The translations under genes were made by a program, and so were the position numbers. A stretch of DNA of 24,414 nucleotides from an uncultured Deinococcales bacterium (GTDB taxonomy: Bacteria > Deinococcota > Deinococci > Deinococcales > JAAFIG01): the NCBI GenBank assembly GCA_964247135.1, contig CAXTTL010000047.1, forward strand, positions 1 to 24,414, given 5' to 3'. The notes under the pieces are model-generated. The model searched no databases. It saw only the letters and a program-made list of their open reading frames with translations, and was not told the DNA's origin. Positions 1 through 8,605 of this stretch are shown piece after piece (within the stretch, counting starts at the first letter, position 1; the number at the start of each line of letters is the position of its first letter).

Positions 1-15
1 ATCCAAAGCTCGAGT

Positions 16-2292
16 TCATGGCGCGTTGAAACGGGCGATGCCAATGCGGGTGATGGCGGCAGTCGTGGTGTCGCCGACCAGGTACAACTTGCCGTCCGAA
101 CTGCGCATGGCGGCGTTGACGGTGTTGTTGGTGCTAGCGCCGCTGATGTCAGTGGATTGACATGGAAAGCTGATCGCGCCGTCCAGGGCGGCAAAGCGGG
201 CGCAACCAAAGTTAGCAATGCCCGCCACGGCGGTTTCGCCCGCCAGCACGATGTTGTTGCTCGAGTCGAGCACCAAGGCTTTGCCGAAGCTGTCGCCGCC
301 GGTGGTGGGAGGAAAGCCAAAGTTGAAGCCGTTGGCGTTGAAGGTCAAATCCACCGCACCCGTGCCGAGAAAACGACCGACGGCGTAATCCCTGCCAAAA
401 CCGTCATCAAGGTCGCCCGCGACCACGATTCTTCCAAGACCGTCCACCTTGATGGCTCGAGCGGTGGTGTTGCCAAAGCCTGGGAAGGCAATTTGAAGTT
501 TTCCAGTGGTGTTGAACGTGGTGTCCAAGCCACCGCTGGCGTTCAGTCTGACGATCAACCAGTTGTTGACGCCAACACCGATGTTGACTGTGCCAGTCAA
601 GGCAATCTGGCTGCTCGAGATGGCATCGATGCCGCCTGCCACCTCGTCACCAGCGTTGAGGATGATGACCTTGCCCGTGCCGTTGAAACTGCTATCGATC
701 ACCAGGTTTCCGCCCGTGACACCGGGAGTGCTCGATTTGAATTTCCAGACCACCAGATCGCGGTTTGGGCTTGCGCCCTGCGTGCCGAGCACGAAGACAT
801 CTGTGCCAACGGTGTCAATGCCTGCAATGTTGTCGTCGAGGTTGAAGGGGTTGTCCGAAACGACCAGGCTGTTGATCGGCACGCCGCTCGAGTTGAACTT
901 GGCGACGGACAAATCCAGGTCTGTGCCTTCGCCCGCGCCTGCCGCCTGCGCGACCTGACCCACCACAATGATGTCGCCGCTCGAGTCCACCGCGATGCCC
1001 CGAACATTTTGGCTGATGGCGTTGTTGCAGCAGCCGCCACTGGCACTGCCGCCCGTGCCAAAGCTGGTGTTGAGGCTGCCGTTTGCCAGGTAGCGGCGCA
1101 GCACAAATTCTTGCCCGATGTTGGGAGTGGTCTGGTTGCCCGCCACCAGCAGGCGGTTGCTCGAGTCGAGGGTGGCGGCGCGACCTTGATCGGCTCCGCC
1201 GAAGCTGTCGCCTTTGCTGCCGCTTGCCCAGTAGCAGGTGTCCAGGCTGCCTGGCAATGTTGGCACGGTTGCGGGCAACAGGGCTGGGCTGGTAAACGTT
1301 CCACTGGCTCGGGCGCTGGTGATCTGACAGAGGTTCTCGAGGGCTGGGCGGGCGTATAGGTTTTTGTTTCCAGGCAACACCCGAGCCAGCAGGCTTTGGG
1401 CGGCGGGCGTCTGACCCGCAATGGTGTTGGCATTTTGCTCGTCAAGGCTTTGGCTGGCATACCCAACGCTTTGGTTGCCAACGGCGAAGATAAAACTGAA
1501 CACGGCGGGTCTGGTCTGACGGGCGGCGCTCGCCAGGGGCAGCACGGGCAGTTTGAACGCCAGTGTGATGAAGCCTCGACACGAATTTTGACTGCAACTG
1601 TTGGCGGCATTGGGCGTGCCATTGGTCGCGCCGATGGTTCGACCTGTTCCCGTCACGTCTCGAGCCACATAGCCGTAACCCAGCACGCTGCCGGTGGTCA
1701 CGCCGTAAGAGGCTGCGAGTTGCGAGGCGACCTCGGCGGTTTCGCCGCTCGAGAAATACTGAAGGTCGGCGTTGTTGGGGTTGAGTTCGATGCCGCCAGC
1801 ATTGGGTCGGATGCCGTGAACGGGTTGAAGGTTGCGAAAGACGTTGCCATCGGTGATTGGCACGCCCGCGCCGCTGTTCATGGCTCTAAACATCGTGCCA
1901 AACTGGGTCGGGCTGGTTGCCTGCCCCGACGGGGTTGGCACGTCCAACGCCCAGGTGGTGAAGTTGTTCAAGGGTGTACCCGTGTTGTTCTCGATCTGAA
2001 AGGTGGCGTAAACGTAACGAAAATTTGCCACCTCATCGTCATGAAACCCCACGCCAACACGGTTGACCTCGATGCCAGTGATGTCTTGCGGTTTGGTGGT
2101 GGCGGTGCGGGTCAACGATGGATTTGGCGGCAAGAAGCTGGCTTGGGCGTCGTCGCTGCGCAAATCAATGTTCACCTCGAGAAGCCGCATCTTGGGTTCT
2201 GGTGTTAAGCCCTGGTCGGGTATGCCCTGCGGCGCGGCTGGACATGCCACCAGACCGATGCCGAGCATGACGGCAAAAACGAAGTTTCGCAT
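16..2292 (-). CDS. Lipoprotein (758 aa): uncharacterised Deinococcus-type N-terminal domain plus C-terminal delta-60 (DUF5122-like) beta-propeller repeats
   Basis: ATG at 2292 preceded by AAGGAG. Signal peptide MRNFVFAVMLGIGLVAC ends in a lipobox Cys. Repeats of the type RYLANGSLNTSFGTGG, DSSFNGTGKV, RLNASGGLDTTFNTTGK and RFLGTGAVDLTFNANG. The ORF-track start at 2580 is an overlap extension. Confidence 0.82.
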   Translation of the reverse strand: MRNFVFAVMLGIGLVACPAAPQGIPDQGLTPEPKMRLLEVNIDLRSDDAQASFLPPNPSLTRTATTKPQDITGIEVNRVGVGFHDDEVANFRYVYATFQIENNTGTPLNNFTTWALDVPTPSGQATSPTQFGTMFRAMNSGAGVPITDGNVFRNLQPVHGIRPNAGGIELNPNNADLQYFSSGETAEVASQLAASYGVTTGSVLGYGYVARDVTGTGRTIGATNGTPNAANSCSQNSCRGFITLAFKLPVLPLASAARQTRPAVFSFIFAVGNQSVGYASQSLDEQNANTIAGQTPAAQSLLARVLPGNKNLYARPALENLCQITSARASGTFTSPALLPATVPTLPGSLDTCYWASGSKGDSFGGADQGRAATLDSSNRLLVAGNQTTPNIGQEFVLRRYLANGSLNTSFGTGGSASGGCCNNAISQNVRGIAVDSSGDIIVVGQVAQAAGAGEGTDLDLSVAKFNSSGVPINSLVVSDNPFNLDDNIAGIDTVGTDVFVLGTQGASPNRDLVVWKFKSSTPGVTGGNLVIDSSFNGTGKVIILNAGDEVAGGIDAISSSQIALTGTVNIGVGVNNWLIVRLNASGGLDTTFNTTGKLQIAFPGFGNTTARAIKVDGLGRIVVAGDLDDGFGRDYAVGRFLGTGAVDLTFNANGFNFGFPPTTGGDSFGKALVLDSSNNIVLAGETAVAGIANFGCARFAALDGAISFPCQSTDISGASTNNTVNAAMRSSDGKLYLVGDTTTAAITRIGIARFNAP

Positions 2293-2341
2293 GGTTGTTC
2301 TCCTTGAAAAACCCCTGACTCGAGGTTGGGTTGATGCCTGA

Positions 2342-4837
2342 TTAAGGCAGGGTGACAATCGTGCCAGGGTACAGTGCCGTTCCCGAATTCCCAGCCGCGT
2401 CTCGAGACACCACGTAAATGGCGTAAGCGGTGTTCGGCAAGAGGTTGGTGATGGTGAAATTGGTGTCGGTGGTGCTGCCGACCTTGACCCGTGTGCCGCC
2501 CGAAAGGTTGCCTCGGCTGGGCAGGGGGGTCTGGGCAATGATGTCGTAACCGACCACGGCTTTGTTGTCGGTGGCGGCAAGCCAGGTGGCTTGAACCGTT
2601 CCAGCGCCCAGGTTGCTCAGGGTTGGGAAGTTGACCCCAGTCGGCGCGAGAAGGTCTGTGCCTGCGGGATAAATCGTGTAATTGAAACTGAAATCCGTGA
2701 AGCCCTCAACGTTTGTGCCTCGGATGGTGGCACTGTAATTGCCTGGAACGCCGCTCACAGGATTCCAACTGACCACACCCGTCGCGGAGTCAACGCTCAT
2801 GCCCGCCGGACCAGTTTGCACCGCCAAGCTTGGTCTGGGCGAACCCGCCACACTGAGCGTGTAGTTTTGACCCGCCGTGGGATTCGCGGCTGGAGCCATC
2901 ACAAACAGCGGTTCGCCGATGATCGCCACAATCTGTTCTGGGTACGCCCCAACGCCAATCGGGTTGATAAACGTACCGACCCTGAAAATGCTGGGCAAGG
3001 AATTGGTGGTGACATCGACCTGCGCGGCGAGGGATTCGTTAAAGCCCGCATCGTAAGACACCACCCTCAAAAAATGTCTCGAATTCGGCAAAAGATTCGT
3101 GACCGTGCCGAGGGTGCCACCTGTGATGCCGTCCACGCTCAGGATGGTTTGCTGCGTGGCAAAGTTCACATCATAAATTCGGTAGCCCACAATTGCCACG
3201 GGGCTGGCGGGTGCTGCCCAGGACAAGCTCACCGAAACCTGGGTCATGTTGGTCACCGCGAGGTTGATCGGCGCGGCGGGTCGCAGGGCAACCACGCCGA
3301 CGCCAACCGATTTGAGGGAACGACTGCCAGCCGATGAGACCGCCACCACATAAAAACTGTAAGCAGCCCCAGGCACCAGCCCAGTCAAATTCAGCGTGGT
3401 GGTGGTGCTCGAGCCGACCAGGGCATAATGGCAACCGCTTCGACCGCAGCCCGTCAGCACCAACACCTCGTAACTGACCGTGCCGATCAGGGCGGTGGCT
3501 GGATTCCAGGACAGGGTCGCGGTTGTTTCGGTGATGCCCGAGGCGACCAAACCGGTCGGTATTGAAGGCGCTGGCGCTGTGGTGGTCACGCTGAAGCTTT
3601 GATCCGCCGTGCCGTCCGCGTTGCTGGCTCGGATGGTGACGGCTTGAGGCGATGTACTGAATTGCGCCACGGTTGGCGTCCAGGTCACCAATCCATTGGC
3701 ATCCACCGTCATTCCCGTTGGACCCGTCACCAGCGAAAAGGTCGGCGCGGGTTTGCCGCTGGCGGTGGCAAGATAGCTGAACAACTGATTGACCTCCACC
3801 GATCCCTGAAACGAACTCGAGGTGAACACGGGTGGCGCTCCAGCCTGAGGACTCGAGTAGACCGTGTCAACATTCGCGTTTGCCGCGTTGACACCGCCTA
3901 TTACCAGCACGTGTCCAGTCGAATCAATCGCGGCACTGGCATTACTGATTGCCACAGGCAACGAAGCCTCGAGACTCCAGGTGTTGGTCAGGGTGTCATA
4001 AACTTGGACTGTGTTGACGGGTGCAGTGCCGCTCGAGCCGCCTAAAACGTAAATCAGGTTGTTCTTGCCTGCAATTGCGGCAGCGTTTTTCACGGCAACT
4101 GGCATCGGGGCAACGGGTGTCCAGGCGGCTGGAAAACCCGAGAGCTTGTAAACCGTACTCGAGACTGCGCCGCTGGCGGTTGCGCCCCCAAACACGAATA
4201 AATCCTGCCCCGAGGCGGCGGCTGACGCGCCAACCAAGCTTTCAGGCAAGGACACGCCCGCCACCCAACGCCGTCCCGCAAAAGTCTCCACCGTTGAGAG
4301 CTGATTGCCCAAATCGTCAATTCCACCGATGGCATAAAGCACCCCACCAACGCTGGCAAAGGCGTGCTGCACTCGAGGAACGGTCATGTTCGGTAAGCCA
4401 CCGATGTTGTTGGTGGTTGCGTTGAAGCTGTCCACCGACTTCAGGGTTTTCTTGGTGTCGCTGCCACCAAACACCGCGATCAGCCCGCCAAAAGTCAGAC
4501 CAGCCCCCGCCGAAACTCGAGTGTTTTTGAGGTTGACGTTGTTCGGTAAGCTCGTCCAAGTGCTCGCCCCAGCAGCAAGTTTCACGATTGGAGGCGTATT
4601 GTTGGTGCTCGAGCCTCCAAGCACAAAAATGCTGCCATCGGCGATGGTCACCGCCGCCGCTTGGCTGCGAGTGGCGGGTTGCGTGGAGGTCTGGGTCCAA
4701 CTGAGCGGCGTGGTGTTGCTGCGTACCGTCACACTGCCAGGATTGGCGGCTTGAGGTGTGCTCGGAATGCCGGCACCACAGGATGCAAGCACCGTCAGGA
4801 CGATCAAAAGAACGCTGGCTCGAAATGCGCTGTTCAC
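2342..4837 (-). CDS. Lipoprotein (831 aa): 6-blade Kelch beta-propeller, 2 putative Ig (He_PIG-like) domains and 3 fibronectin type III domains; paralog A
   Basis: GTG start with GGAGG RBS; lipobox LASC. Six Kelch GG motifs (IFVLGG, IAVFGG, LYAIGG, LFVFGG, IYVLGG, VLVIGG). P-x-G-M-x-V-D...G-x-V-x-W-x-P Ig motifs. FN3 motifs LSW...Y...L.P...Y. Confidence 0.88.
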   Translation of the reverse strand: MNSAFRASVLLIVLTVLASCGAGIPSTPQAANPGSVTVRSNTTPLSWTQTSTQPATRSQAAAVTIADGSIFVLGGSSTNNTPPIVKLAAGASTWTSLPNNVNLKNTRVSAGAGLTFGGLIAVFGGSDTKKTLKSVDSFNATTNNIGGLPNMTVPRVQHAFASVGGVLYAIGGIDDLGNQLSTVETFAGRRWVAGVSLPESLVGASAAASGQDLFVFGGATASGAVSSTVYKLSGFPAAWTPVAPMPVAVKNAAAIAGKNNLIYVLGGSSGTAPVNTVQVYDTLTNTWSLEASLPVAISNASAAIDSTGHVLVIGGVNAANANVDTVYSSPQAGAPPVFTSSSFQGSVEVNQLFSYLATASGKPAPTFSLVTGPTGMTVDANGLVTWTPTVAQFSTSPQAVTIRASNADGTADQSFSVTTTAPAPSIPTGLVASGITETTATLSWNPATALIGTVSYEVLVLTGCGRSGCHYALVGSSTTTTLNLTGLVPGAAYSFYVVAVSSAGSRSLKSVGVGVVALRPAAPINLAVTNMTQVSVSLSWAAPASPVAIVGYRIYDVNFATQQTILSVDGITGGTLGTVTNLLPNSRHFLRVVSYDAGFNESLAAQVDVTTNSLPSIFRVGTFINPIGVGAYPEQIVAIIGEPLFVMAPAANPTAGQNYTLSVAGSPRPSLAVQTGPAGMSVDSATGVVSWNPVSGVPGNYSATIRGTNVEGFTDFSFNYTIYPAGTDLLAPTGVNFPTLSNLGAGTVQATWLAATDNKAVVGYDIIAQTPLPSRGNLSGGTRVKVGSTTDTNFTITNLLPNTAYAIYVVSRDAAGNSGTALYPGTIVTLP

Positions 4838-5067
4838 AAATATCCCTCCCGATTCCCCACTGCCGATTTACCTTGAAAGCATCACTCGAGGTCGCCCGAA
4901 TGATTTTCGCGTCGTTATCGCACTCAAAGTTACTCTCGAAAAGAAAGTCAACAAGCCACAACACCAGCGCCTGTAAAACTGCGCTCGAGGGGATGAAGCT
5001 GGGATTGGCTCAGATCGTGTACGGTATGTCTTCACAAATCATTGCATACAAGACGCCAATTATGATG

Positions 5068-5104
5068 CTGACGAAGGTCTGCCAGGTCTACCGACCTTGG
5101 TCGG
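5068..5104. promoter_or_regulatory. Tandem palindromic transcription-factor boxes CTGACGAAGGTCTG (5068-5081) and CCGACCTTGGTCGG (5091-5104)
   Basis: Perfect 6-2-6 inverted repeat plus a degenerate copy 23 bp away. Same arrangement at 8168-8204. Confidence 0.6.
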
Positions 5105-5210
5105 AAATACTTGTTTTTGACGAATGCAAAACATGATTTCAGACGGATTCTCGAGGAGTTCATGCCCGCTAACAACCAGCCACACCAGAAAATCTCGAGC
5201 CACACGTGTA

Positions 5211-5248
5211 AAACAAAAAAAAATCCCTTCTCCCGCACGCGGGAGAAG
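5211..5248 (-). terminator. Probable intrinsic terminator downstream of paralog B
   Basis: Minus strand reads CTTCTCCCGC-GT-GCGGGAGAAG followed by GGA and a run of 9 T. Confidence 0.55.
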
Positions 5249-5336
5249 CGCCCCAAGCCCGTCAGCGATGCCGCCCGTGAGGTGCGTTTTGGCATCAAGA
5301 AGGTGCTGCTGTAAGGGGCAAGACGGGTTGGGGATG

Positions 5337-5362
5337 AGGGGTAAAACAATTGTTACCCCTAC
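5337..5362 (-). repeat. GTAG-type REP-like palindrome GTAGGGGTAACAATTGTTTTACCCCT
   Basis: GTAG tetranucleotide leading into an AGGGGTAA/TTACCCCT stem. A degenerate inverted partner GTAAGGGGCAA lies at 5311-5321. Confidence 0.45.
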
Positions 5363-5398
5363 GTCTCGAGAATCATTGCAACGCGTTTAAATCATTGT

Positions 5399-7891
5399 TT
5401 AGGGCAATGTCACAATCGTTCCTGGATACAACACCGATGCGGAGTTTCCGGCAGCGTCTCGAGCGATCACCCAGATCGCGTATGAAGTCGCGGGCAACAG
5501 GTTGGTTGCCGTGAAGCTGGTTCCGGTGACCGTGCCCACTTTGACTTTTGGTCCACCCAAGATGTTGGCTCGGGAAGGCAGAGGAGTCTGGGTATAGACA
5601 TCGTATGAGGTGACCCCAACGTTATCGGTTGCGGCAAACCAAGTGGCTTGCACCGTTCCTGCGCCAAGGTTGGTTAAGACTGGAAAGCTGACCATTGTTG
5701 GAGCGAGCAAATCCGTTCCGGCGGCATAAAGTGTGTAGTTAAAGCTAAAATCGGTGAAACCTTCGACGTTCGTGCCTCGGATCGTGGCGCTGTAATCACC
5801 TGGAATGCCATCAACAGGATTCCAACTGACCACGCCAGTCAGCGAATCAACGCTCATGCCAGCCGGACCCGAAAGCACCGACAGGGTTGGTTTGGGTGTA
5901 CCACCAGTGCTCAAGACATAATTCTGACCCACTGTGGAATTTTGAGCTGGGACAATGACCATCAAAGGTTGCCCAATGACCGCCACGATTTTCTCGACAG
6001 CGGTGGAGACTCGAGTGATGCTGGGCGGCGAGTTGGTGGTGACATCGAGTTGGTTGGTCAGCGGAATGGCGGATTCGATCAGGGCATCGTAAGACGCAAT
6101 TCTGAAAAAGTGTCTCGAGTTGGGCAGCAAGTTGGTGACGGTCGCCGAAGTTCCAGTGATGCCGTTCAGGCTGAGGGTGGTCGTTCCTGTCGCAATGTCA
6201 ATGTTGTAAATTCGGTATCCAAGAATCGGCAATGGACCAGCCGAAGCCGCCCAGGACAAGGTGACCGAGGTTTGCGTGACGGTGGTCACGGTTGGGTTGG
6301 TCGGTGGTGCTGGCACCAAGGTTGCAACGGTTAAGAGTTCTGTGACTCCAAAAGGATTTGCTGTCAGGACGGATCGGCTGCCTGCCGAGGACACGGCAAC
6401 CACATAAAAAGAAGTGTTTGTACCGGCTGCAACACTGATATTTGCCGATGTGGTGCTGCTCGAGCCGACCACGCCATAACTGCAACCACCGCGACCGCAA
6501 ATGCCTGGGAGTTTCATCCAGACCTCGTAACTGATCGTCCCGATCAGGGCGGTGGACGGATTCCAAGACAGCGTAAATGAAGTCTCAGTAATGTTCGAGG
6601 CAACTAAGCCTGTGACCGATGACGGTGGTGGTGCAGTCACGTTCACACTGAAGGTCTGATCTGCCGTGCCGTCCGTGCTCGAGGCACGCAATGTCACGGT
6701 TTGAATCCCAAATTGAGGCACGGTCGGTGTCCAAGAAACCAGTCCTGTGGTGGCATTGACGCTCATGCCCGCCGGATTGGCGACCAATGAATATGTGGGT
6801 GCTGGTCTGCCCGTGCTGGTGGCTTGATAGCTGTAAACCTGATTGACTTCCACCGTGGTTGGAGGCGTGGAGGTGATGACCGGCGGCGCTCCCGCCTGAG
6901 AACTCGAGTAGACCGTGTTCTGGTTGGTGTTGCTGGCGTTCAAGCCACCGATCACCAACACGTGCCCAGTCGAATCAATCGCGGCGCTGGCGGCACTGAT
7001 TGCCACTGGCAACGAAGCCTCGAGACTCCAGGTGTTGCTGAAGGCATCATAGACTTGCACGCTGCTGACGGGTGCAGTGCCGTTCGAGCCGCCCAGCACG
7101 TAAATCAAATTGTTTTTGCCCGCAACGACCGCAGCGTTTTTCACGGCGACTGGCATCGGGGCAACGGGTGTCCAGGCGGCTGGAAAACCAGACAGCTTGT
7201 AAACCGTGCTCGAGATTGTACCACTGGCGGTTGACCCGCCAAAAACGAACACATTCTGTCCAGAAAAAGCGGCGGATGCCCCAACCAGCGTTTCAGGCAA
7301 GGCGGTATTCGCCACCCAACGACCGCCGGCAAAGCTTTCAACCGATGAGAGTTGATTGCCCAGGTCGTCAACGCCGCCGATGGCGTACATCACACCCGAA
7401 TTGCTGGCAAAAGCCTGCTGCGCCCGAGCGGTCAACATGCTCGGCAAGCCCGAAGATTTGTTGGCATTCGCGTCGAAGCCGACGACGGATTTGACCGACC
7501 TTAAATTCTTATCGCCGCCACCAAACACCGCGATCACACCAGTGCCCGACACGCCAACACCAGGCGCAATGCGGGTGCGGTCAAGCGTCGCCAGACCCGT
7601 CCAAGCTGCCGCACCGGCACCCAGTTTCAAGACTGGAGGGGTTGCATTGGCGCTCGAGCCTCCAAGCACCACAACGCTGCCATCAGCCAGACTGACCGCC
7701 ACGGCTTGACTGAGCGCCGCCGGCAAGCTCGGACCGGCACTCCAACTGAGCGGAGTGGTGCTGCTTCGTGTGGTGACATTCCCCGCTTGGTTGGGTGTTG
7801 TTGACGGCGCATCCGGCATGTTCGCACCGCACGATGCAAGTGTCATGAATGTACCAACCAAAAGACTCGCTTGAAAAATTACCTTGTTCAC
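5399..7891 (-). CDS. Lipoprotein (830 aa): Kelch propeller, Ig-like and FN3 domains; paralog B
   Basis: GTG start with GAGGAAGG upstream; lipobox LASC. Colinear with 2342-4837 over the full length, e.g. identical SSTVYKLSGFPAAWTPVAPMPVAVKNAA and YSATIRGTNVEGFTDFSFNYT. Confidence 0.88.
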   Translation of the reverse strand: MNKVIFQASLLVGTFMTLASCGANMPDAPSTTPNQAGNVTTRSSTTPLSWSAGPSLPAALSQAVAVSLADGSVVVLGGSSANATPPVLKLGAGAAAWTGLATLDRTRIAPGVGVSGTGVIAVFGGGDKNLRSVKSVVGFDANANKSSGLPSMLTARAQQAFASNSGVMYAIGGVDDLGNQLSSVESFAGGRWVANTALPETLVGASAAFSGQNVFVFGGSTASGTISSTVYKLSGFPAAWTPVAPMPVAVKNAAVVAGKNNLIYVLGGSNGTAPVSSVQVYDAFSNTWSLEASLPVAISAASAAIDSTGHVLVIGGLNASNTNQNTVYSSSQAGAPPVITSTPPTTVEVNQVYSYQATSTGRPAPTYSLVANPAGMSVNATTGLVSWTPTVPQFGIQTVTLRASSTDGTADQTFSVNVTAPPPSSVTGLVASNITETSFTLSWNPSTALIGTISYEVWMKLPGICGRGGCSYGVVGSSSTTSANISVAAGTNTSFYVVAVSSAGSRSVLTANPFGVTELLTVATLVPAPPTNPTVTTVTQTSVTLSWAASAGPLPILGYRIYNIDIATGTTTLSLNGITGTSATVTNLLPNSRHFFRIASYDALIESAIPLTNQLDVTTNSPPSITRVSTAVEKIVAVIGQPLMVIVPAQNSTVGQNYVLSTGGTPKPTLSVLSGPAGMSVDSLTGVVSWNPVDGIPGDYSATIRGTNVEGFTDFSFNYTLYAAGTDLLAPTMVSFPVLTNLGAGTVQATWFAATDNVGVTSYDVYTQTPLPSRANILGGPKVKVGTVTGTSFTATNLLPATSYAIWVIARDAAGNSASVLYPGTIVTLP

Positions 7892-8135
7892 AAATACCCT
7901 TCCTCGTCAAACCCCTCAAAGGATTCAACACTGTCATTGACGAAAGAACGTGACTGCTCGATGTGGCTCGAGGAATCTCGAGAATGTTTAGGATCAGGCT
8001 GATGCGCGGACGTGGTTTACAGTGAAATCCGATCTAAACACTTATTTTTTCGTCATCGATCCAGCACACGAACACCCTTAGAGTTGCGCTGAACGGGGTT
8101 GAGGGTTGCCACTGCTCGCCTCGTTTTGACTTTGT

Positions 8136-8423
8136 AAATCATTGCATGTACAACGTCACCTACAACTCTGACCTTGGTCGGTTGGGCGTACCGACCTTGG
8201 TCGGAAGGTTTCGTTTTTGACGACCAAAACATGTGATTTGAAACAACTTCTCGAGAAATCATCGTCTGCAAACCAACCAGTCCTGCAAAAAAAGGACTAA
8301 AAATCTCGAGCCAAACATGTAAAAGAACGAAACTCCCTTCTCCTGATGTTGGGAGAAGCGCGAACAGCCCGCCAGGTGCTGTTTTGTGAGCAAGAAGGTT
8401 CGGGGATGAGGGTAGACCGTGCA
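8136..8423 (-). promoter_or_regulatory. Conserved upstream regulatory block, copy B
   Basis: Homologous to 5036-5342, with an offset of exactly 3100 bp in the proximal part. Boxes CTGACCTTGGTCGG (8168-8181) and CCGACCTTGGTCGG (8191-8204). Hairpin CTTCTCC..GGAGAAG at 8337-8358. Confidence 0.65.
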
Positions 8424-8605
8424 ATAACTTCTCGTGTTTGAGATCAAAAGCTCGAGAAATAAAACGTTGAGGACAGTTTAAAACCATCCCCAACGAAATA
8501 TAAAAACTCGAGTTTTACAGCTTGGTACTACTCAACTTCAAAGGAATTGGCACTTCAGGTCATTGACCAGCAAACTTGAAAAAAGGCGTGATGCGCATTG
8601 AAATC

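Larger units (their letters stand above)
5036..5342 (-). promoter_or_regulatory. Conserved upstream regulatory block, copy A (putative promoter, twin palindromes, upstream hairpin)
   Basis: Aligns by eye with 8136-8423: AAATCATTGCAT, CCGACCTTGGTCGG, GTTTTTGACGA..CAAAACATG, AAAATCTCGAGCCAMACRTGTAAAA, CCCTTCTCC..GGGAGAAGCG, GGGGATGAGGG. Confidence 0.65.

Noticed and set aside
157-2208. Long plus-strand ORFs (400 aa, 270 aa), and similar ones at 17944-19140 (+) and 19508-20440 (-)
   Set aside because: These are antisense shadows of well-supported genes in GC-rich DNA, with no motifs or RBS.
2293-2580. 96-aa N-terminal extension of the first ORF (854-aa version)
   Set aside because: It overlaps the 3' end of the upstream lipoprotein gene. 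The RBS and signal peptide point to ATG 2292.
4838-5035. Riboswitch in the long leaders of the Kelch lipoprotein genes (also 7892-8135)
   Set aside because: I recognise no riboswitch consensus and the two leaders are not similar to each other. An Rfam/Infernal scan would be decisive.
5032-5349. Similar short ORFs in both intergenic blocks (5032-5349 and 8053-8493, both containing F.LLHVWLEIF-like text) as a conserved small protein
   Set aside because: Their starts, stops and lengths differ, they have no RBS, and indels break the similarity. It is explained by conserved non-coding DNA, though a small peptide is not formally excluded.
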